A DNA stretch of 64,000 bases from Octopus sinensis (taxonomy: Eukaryota): the NCBI RefSeq assembly GCF_006345805.1, contig NC_043014.1, forward strand, positions 49,476,001 through 49,540,000. Reading direction: 5' to 3'. The position numbers and the translations under genes were made by a program. Each line of letters starts with the position of its first letter. Position 1 is the first letter of the stretch. Shown piece by piece: positions 14,319-64,000 of this stretch. The notes under the pieces are model-generated. The model saw only the letters and a program-made list of their open reading frames with translations, was not told where the DNA came from and did no database searches.

Positions 14319-14707
14319 TCTTTATATATAAAAGTGAGGTTGTGTGCTGTCTGTCTCCTACGATTTAGATTCCTAACTACTCCCACATTTTGCGGTGCAG
14401 TTTAACCAAAACCGGGTATCTTATAGTCGTGATTCATATCGAGCCCTTCTGGGTATTAGCACGTGTCTACGATGAGTCTACGATTTTAAAAAAATTTACC
14501 ATCAATTTTTCCCATTTTTAATGCATTTTTGGCATATATAAGGGAAGTAACTCTCTAAAATGTATTATTAAATCTCAGAAACTACAGTAACACCCCACCC
14601 CCTTTGTGGCTAGCCATATTGAGATGGCTATTATACTTTACATCTCTAAAAATACTTATATAGTTATTTCCCTTACAAACCCGAGCAACGCCGGGCGATA
14701 CTGCTAG
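14319..14707 (+). mobile_element. Non-autonomous Helitron
   Basis: 5' TC, 3' CTAG, inserted between A and T; subterminal hairpin CCCG-AGCAACGC-CGGG at 14680-14695. Confidence 0.8.
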
Positions 14708-17700
14708 TTTCTGATAAGAAATACTTGGTGTTTTCTTTCCTGGACTTTATGGGCTCAGCCTCCTCTTGATGTGTGTGTGTGTGTGTGTGTGTGTTTGTGT
14801 GTGTAGATATATGTATGAGTGTGTGATTGCGAGTATATTTTCAGTTAGATTGTTAATGTTGTCTTCTGTCTTAAATATCGTGTCACCTGACTTCACTGTC
14901 TGTCTGTGTGTTGAATACGTTAACACAAGATTAATTGCTGAGTAAGACGTCTTGTCAAGTGTCGGTGCTCTTCATGGGGTGAGTAAGATGTCAAGTATGA
15001 ATGAATGTTACTCATGCACTGAGTAAGGTGTCTCATGTATGAACGAGTGTTCCTCAGGTCTTGAGTAAGATGTCTTGTCAAGTGTGAGTGTTCCTCATGT
15101 GATAATTTTAAGTCACAAACTGGACACCGTCCAAGACAAGGACATTTCTATTTTGGTATCTTTCTAAATGTTGCTCTCATCATCATCATTTAATGTCCCC
15201 CTTCCCTGCTGGCATGGGTTGGACAGTTTGACAGGAACCAACTAGGGAGGAACCTGCACCAGACTTTTGCGTGTGTTCTGGGAGAGACCTTATGGCTGGA
15301 TGCCCTTCCTAACACCAACCACCCAACAGGGTGAACTGAATTCTTTTTGCATGATACAAGCACACATAAGGTCAGTTTTGGCATGGTTTTTTACAGCTGG
15401 ATGCCCTTCCAACCACTTTACAGTGTGGACTGGATGCTTTTTATGTGGCATCAGCACTGGCCGGGTCACCAAGCAACTCGTAAGACAAAGCTCCTTTGAG
15501 AGAGGAGGGGGTACTGGAGGAAGTGATGATCATCATCATCATTTTAATGTCCACTTTTCCATGCTTACATAGGCTGGACAGAATTTGTCGAGGCAGATTT
15601 TCTATGGCCAGATAGCCTTCCTGTTGCCAGCCCTCACCTGTTTCCAAAGAAAGTAATATTTCACCTTGTCCAGATATGTTTTCATTGAGGATTGAAAACA
15701 AACAACACTGCTTGCATGATGGTGATACTTGTTTACAGCTGTCATGTAATGTCAAGGCAAGGAGACCATAACACACACAAGCATATACATACACACACAT
15801 ATGTATATATATGTGTATATATATATATATATAATGCTCTTAGCTTAGTTTTTTCCTTGGGGCTGGCCAGATTGGAGCAATCTCAAGAATAATCAGCCGA
15901 AATTGCGAGGATAATCTGGTTCTTGACTGAAGATAGGAAACTTCGAATGACCCATCATTTTTTTCTTTGTATCGTCTATCTGGATGTTTTGTTGTCCCCT
16001 TTTTGTATCACCTAGTTGTCCGGATATTTTGCATTCTTGTCCCATTTTGTATTTTATATATATATAAAACAGGTTTCTTTCAGTTTCCATCTTCCAAATT
16101 CACTCAGAAGACTCTGGCTGCCCTAAGACAAATGTGAAAGATACTCAACCAAGGTGCCATGCAATGGGATTGAACCCAGAACCATGTGGTTTGGAAGTAA
16201 ACTTTTCACCACTCAGTGATATCTGCACCCTAATTTAATTGGTAGAGATGTTATCCCAAGCTTTTTTTTTGGTGAGAAGTCTCTTCAGATCTCTAGAATC
16301 TTTCTTAGGCTTCCTGCCTGATGTCTGGACATGTAACCTCTTTTGAGAGTAGGGCTACTTCATGCTGGAGGCACACACACACACACACACACACAAATAT
16401 ACACATACGGAGAGCGAGATTCTTTCTTTTTATTCTTTTACTTGTTTCAGTCATTAGACTGCGGCCATGCTGGAGCACTGCCATTAGTTGATCAGATCAA
16501 CCCCAGGAATTATTCTTTGTAAGCCTAGTACTTTTCTATTGGTCTCTTTTTCCAAACCACTAAGTTATGGGGACGTAAACACACCAGCATCAGTTGTCAA
16601 GTGATGTTGGAGGGACAAACACAGACACACACACATATATATATATACATATACATATATACGACGGGCTTCTTTCTGTTTCCGTCTACCAAATCCACTC
16701 ACAAGGCTTTGGTTGGTCCGAGGCAATACTAGAAGACACTTGCCCAAGGTGCCACGCAGTGGGACTGAACCCGGAACCATGTGGCTGGTAAGCAAGCTAC
16801 TTACCCCACAGCCACTCCTGCACCTATTTACAATTTATTATACGATTTATTAATTGAACACAATTGACGAAAACCACTTTGCCCTCTTCTCATACACACA
16901 GAAAAATATTCTCTCACACACATGAACAGAGAGAGGGTGGGGAGCAAACATGAGAAACATTAAAATATCTGACAGCAAATAAGAAAGCTTTGAATCAGCG
17001 GCACCAAATAAGCATTGCCAAAACTCTTACACAACACAAACCACAATTCCATTATCTTTCAGTCTCCTTGGTAACAGTTTAGTTGTTGTGCCAAAATCAC
17101 CAATTACCAAAGGAATATATTATACCCTAATGTTCCACAATCTCTCTTCCTTTCTCATTCATACGATGCTCTCTTTGCCACTCCGTTTCATCTTTTTTAT
17201 TGTCATTACTTTCAAACTCCCTCTCAGTCATGGCTGTTACTCTCACTACTTCTCCTTCACTGTATTAGTATTTCATCTCCTCTCCCTTCACGTCTCACTC
17301 AATATATATATATACTCTTTACTCTTTTTACTTGTTCAGTCATTTTGACTGCGGCCATGCTGGGGCACCGCCTTTAATCGAGCAACTCGACCCCAGGACT
17401 TATTCTTTGTAAGCCCAGTACTTATTCTATCGGTCTCTTTTGTCGAACCGCTAAGTGACGGGGACATAAACACACCAGCATCGGTTGTCAAGCAATGCTA
17501 GGGGGACAAACACAGACACACAAACATATACATAGGGTGGCGAGCTGGCAGACACGTTAGCGCGCCGATCGTAATGCTTAACGGTATTTTGTCTGCCACT
17601 ACGTTCTGAGTTCAAATTCTGTTGAGGTCGACTTTGCCTTTCATCCTTTCAGGGTCGATAAATAAAGTGCCAGTTTCGCACTGGGGTCGATGTAATCGAC

Positions 17701-18144
17701 TTAATCCCTTTGTCTGTCATTGTTTGTCCCCTCTATGTTTAGCCCCTTGTGGGCAATAAAGAAATATATATATATATACGACGGGCTTCTTTCAGTTTCC
17801 GTCTACCAAATCCACTCACAAGGCTTTGGTCGGCCCAAGGCTATAGTAGAAGACACTTGCCCAAGGTGTCACACAGTGGGACTGAACCCAGAACCATGTG
17901 GTTGGTAAACAAGCTACTTACCACACAGCCACTCCTGTGCCAAATATATACATAATTGGATTATTTTTCCATTTGAGAGTGGTCAGGTTCATTTTTAATA
18001 TTTTCGTTTGTGAGAGCAGTCGAGTTTATTTCAGATATTCTCATTTCAAAAATCATCTCTGTCTAATCGCTGAGAAGACGTTGGTGTTGCCTTGGCAGAG
18101 GTTTGCGCTCTCAGTGCTCTTGTTGTTATTATTATTATTATTAA

Positions 18145-18880
18145 GGTGGTGAGCTGGCAGAATTGTTAGCACGCCAGGCGAAATACTTTGCGGTATTTCA
18201 TCTGCCGTTACGTTCTGAGTTCAAATTCCACCGAGGCCGACTTTGCCTTTCATCCTTTCGGGGTCGATTAAATAAGTACCAGTTACACACTGGGGTCGAT
18301 ATAATCGACTTAATCCCTTTGTCTGTCCTTGTTTGTCCCCTCTATGTTTAGCCCCTTGTGGGCAATAAAGAAACAAGAATCGTTAGCACGCTGGACAAAT
18401 GCTTAGCAGTATTTTACCTGTCACTACGTTCTGAGTTCAAATTCTGCTGAGGTCGACTTTGCCTTTCATTCTTTCAGGGTCAATAAATTAAGTACCAGTT
18501 ACACACTGGGGTTGATGTAATCGACTAGCCCCTTGTCTATTGTTACTTTCCGAGTTCAAATTCTGCTGTGGTTGACTTTGCCTTTCATCCTTTCAGGACC
18601 AATAAATTAAGTACTAGCGAAACACTGGGGTCGATGAAATCGACTCGTACCCCTCCCCACAAATATGAGGCCTTGTGCCTCCGGTAGAAAGGATTATTAT
18701 TATTATTATTATTATTAGCATTTCTTCTGGTTTTTCCATTCTGAGATCAAATACTGCTGAGGTCGACTTTGTCTTTCATCTTTTCAGGGTCAATAAAACA
18801 AGTACCAATTAAGGACTGGGGTTGATGTAATAAATTAGCCCCTCCCCTCAAAACTTCAATCCTTGTGCTTTCAACTGAAA
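18145..18880 (+). mobile_element. Cluster of SINE family S2 (core GCCTTTCATCCTTTCGGGGTCGATAAA..GTACCAG)
   Basis: Four tandem or nested copies. The family recurs at about 8225-8790, 12915, 13790, 14030, 17535, 27315, 31200, 45430-46040, 52740, 60830. The core recalls Nin/Deu-type SINE domains (from memory, unverified). Confidence 0.8.
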
Positions 18881-21512
18881 GAATTATTATTATTATTATT
18901 ATTATTATTACTTTAGAAGAGAAAACAAGACATTGAAATACTCCCTAATGAGTTAGTGTGAATAATTCTTTAATGAGTTGATGGATTAATGAGAAATAAT
19001 CATGGAATTGTGATACTTGTTTGTTACAATGATTATAAAATTACAAAAGTGGATTAAAAATTCAAGCAGGTGGAAAGAACAAGGGAGAGAGAGAGAGACA
19101 GGCAGAGAGACAGAGAGAGAAAAGCTATTGTCTTCAGATGCGTTGCTGAATCCTTTATCTGGTTTAACACTCCTAATACCCCCCAGGGTCCTTGATTAGT
19201 TTTAGTGGCGGCATCCACTGTCAGATGTATTGCATCCACATCTCTCTGATCTAAGGATAACTAACCCGTGCTGCACCCTATTATACTAAACTAGGGGTAA
19301 GGGCTCCCACCCATCTCGGTCATAGAGTCTCTTATCATCATCCCTGTTTAACATCTGTTTCCCATGATGAAACGGGTCGGCTGGTTTAAGCGGAAGCTGA
19401 CGAGCCAGAGGGCTGCGCCAAGCTCCAAATATCTGCTTTGGTATGATTCGTATGGCTGGGTAACCTTCCCAACACTGACTACTTCGCAGTGAGTACTGCG
19501 TGCTTTTTTATGTAACACTGGCTGAGGTCACCAAGTAACTTGCAAGAAAAGACCACCACAACTGAGATGGGGGGGGAGTGATGCAGTAATGAGGGATGTG
19601 GCAGCATGCCAGTGGATGAGAATCACCAACACCTCCCTCCTTCTTCTTCTTCTTCTTCTTTTAACTGTGCCATTGACAAAAAACAAAATTATTTCAGAAT
19701 CTACATTAATATTATAAATGTTATTGCTGGCTTAATCGGTAGAGCACCAAATAAAATGATGAGTGGTATTCAGTCACTACCATTAACATACTGAGTTCTA
19801 TTCCTGTCCATGCCGACTTCTACTTTAATCCTGCTGATGCTCAATAAACCCAGTACTAGTCTTACACTGGGGGCAGCCAATATAGGCAATTATATCCCTT
19901 ACCCACCAACTCACCAAAACTATGTGACCATGTGTCTTTGTTATTATTATGAAACAAACAACTATTATTATCATTATTAATTATTATTCTTTCATTATTA
20001 TTAACCCATTAGCATTCAGACTACTTTTACAAGTATATCACCATCATCATCATCATCGTTTAACGTCCGCTTTCCATGTTGGCATAGGTTGGACAGTTTG
20101 ACTGAGAACTGGCAAGCCGGGAGGCTGCACCAGGCTCCAATCTGATTTGGCAAGGTTTCTACAACTGGATGCCTTCCTAATGCCAACCACTCCGAGAGTG
20201 TAGTAGATGCTTTTTGCTTATTCACATCATTTTAAATTAATCCTGCATCAACTTGTAGCTTCAAGATTTCAATGATACGATAATGTTTTGGGAATGACAT
20301 TGTAGGGTAGGTGTGAGAGGCCAGTGGTAGCCAGTATGAACATAAAACAGGTAGCATATTTGGGCCGGATATGGCCAGACGAACCACCCATGTTTCCAGA
20401 GGTGAATTATTCAAACCCCAAAGATTCTCTCTCAACACATGGCTAGGATGCTCCCCCACTACTTCTGCTTGTGATCAGAAATGCACATATCGTCAGCCAC
20501 TAAGGGACATGCTCAACTGGTTATGGTCAAACAACTGACAAGCAAATCTGTGGTACTCAGCAGAATATTTGCTGTAGCTATTATTATTATCATTATTATG
20601 CATGCTAAGGCGGTGTGCTGGCAGAATCTTTAGTATGCCAGCCAAAATCCTTAGCGCTACTTCATCCGCAGCTATGGTCTGAGTTCAAATTCTGGCAAGG
20701 ATGGATTAGCCTTTCATCCTTTCAGGGTCAATAAATTAAGTGCCACTGAGACACTGAGGGTGATGTAATGAACCAGTCTGGTCCCCCAAATTTCAGGCCT
20801 TGACCTATAGTAGAACGGCTTATGCAAACATAAAACCCTAAATAAACAAAGACAATAACGAAAGGGAAAGATGTTGGCGAGAGTGGGGGGAGGGGGAGTT
20901 GGAAGTTTTCTGCTGTTGTTGTTTTTTTAATGTTTTGAAACAACGAAAACTTCTTTTGTCTGGAAATAATGAAAGACAAGAACAAAAAAAATATTGTTAA
21001 GATTTGTGCCATGAAGAGAACTTCAAGCAGAGATAGTAAGACTACTACTACTACTACTACAAGGAGAAGAAGAAGAAGAAGAGAAGGAGGACGAAGAAGA
21101 AAAAGAAGTAGTAGTAGTAGTAGTATTGCTGCTGCTACTACTAGTGTATCAATCATTGGCAGGAAGTTGGTAATGTGTTTCAACAAAACTTAGTGTCACA
21201 GAGAAGACTTCAAACTTTTTTCTCAAGTATCATCAATTTGGGACCAACAAGATGATCCCACCCTCATCCCCTCCACTCACACACACACACCACATCGCTC
21301 TCATCCTCTTCCCCCCCACTCCTTCTCCTCCTCTTTATGTCCATCCCACCCCCCACCCCCACTGCTGTCTCCACTTTCTCTTGCTGTCCACTTCTGCTCT
21401 TTCGTGCCTTTTTCTCAAGCACTTCCACCACCATCTTCCTCTCTCTCTCTCTCTTTCTTTCTCTCTTGCTACTTGTGTATCACCGTTGTCGTCGTCGTCG
21501 TCGTCATCGTCA

Positions 21513-63410
<41,898 letters not shown>

Positions 63411-63921
63411 CTGCAACAGACAATTGGACATCCACAGATGGAATTACAAATATGAACCAACAGATACACGTTATGACATACTCGTATATTACTACAGCAC
63501 TCTAGTGTAAAGTTTGAATGAATTCAGTTGGGTAGTTCTCGAGTTTTAGTGATACACACATACAGACACATAGACAGACATTCTCAGTTATATATATATA
63601 CAAATAAGAAAATGGAGAAACATATTTAGTTTCTTCATCAACTTTCAGATATTATAATGTTGGATTATTGTTAAATGAATAAATAATCCAACATTATAAT
63701 ATCCAAAAGTTGATGAACGAGATGAATTTGTTTCTCCATTTTCTTATTTGTATTATAAATTTACGGTAAAATATTTCTTTACCTTCACCCGTTTAATACA
63801 ATAAATGAATTAATTGCATTGCAATTAAAAACATTTATGTATTAAGAATCTGGGTACTTTACCAACAGTATATTGGATAAATGCTATCTCATAGTGGGTT
63901 ACACCCATAACCCCTATCTTA

Positions 63922-63985
<64 letters not shown>

Positions 63986-64000
63986 TGTGCACTCCTTCTC

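Noticed and set aside
15850-16075. Possible further hammerhead-like motifs (CTGAAGATAGGAAACTTCGAA) in a (TA)n-ended repeat
   Set aside because: Too degenerate; stems I and III could not be formed.
19054-19239. Non-repetitive-looking ORF (DAIHLTVDAATKTNQGPWGVLGV...)
   Set aside because: No recognisable homology and no convincing splice sites; a second gene in 1-21.5 kb could not be supported.

Overview
Repeat-rich eukaryotic genomic DNA, most likely from an octopus. That assignment is inferred from the SINE families and the very dense (TA)n/(CA)n/(TACA)n/(CAT)n microsatellites. The one host gene I can support is the 3' part of Integrator complex subunit 8 (INTS8) on the minus strand, assembled by hand from 63410 down to the stop at 21513. 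It has 19 distinct coding exons (2085 nt = 694 aa + stop), all bounded by GT-AG with consistent phases; the 5' exons lie beyond the window. Two of the exons (136 + 65 nt) occur twice, inside a ~3.18 kb tandem duplication that keeps the reading frame. The 11.8 kb intron 23870-35710 has U12 (minor spliceosome) signals. The remainder is SINEs of several families, a 5'-truncated RTE LINE nested in a TA-flanked TIR element, Penelope-like RT fragments and Penelope-type ends with atypical hammerhead-like folds, non-autonomous Helitrons, Tc1/mariner remnants, a TIR element filled with telomere-like repeats, SINE-derived satellites and several fold-back palindromes. Most ORFs in the supplied track are low-complexity artefacts. 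All homology calls come from recalled protein and repeat motifs, not from database searches.
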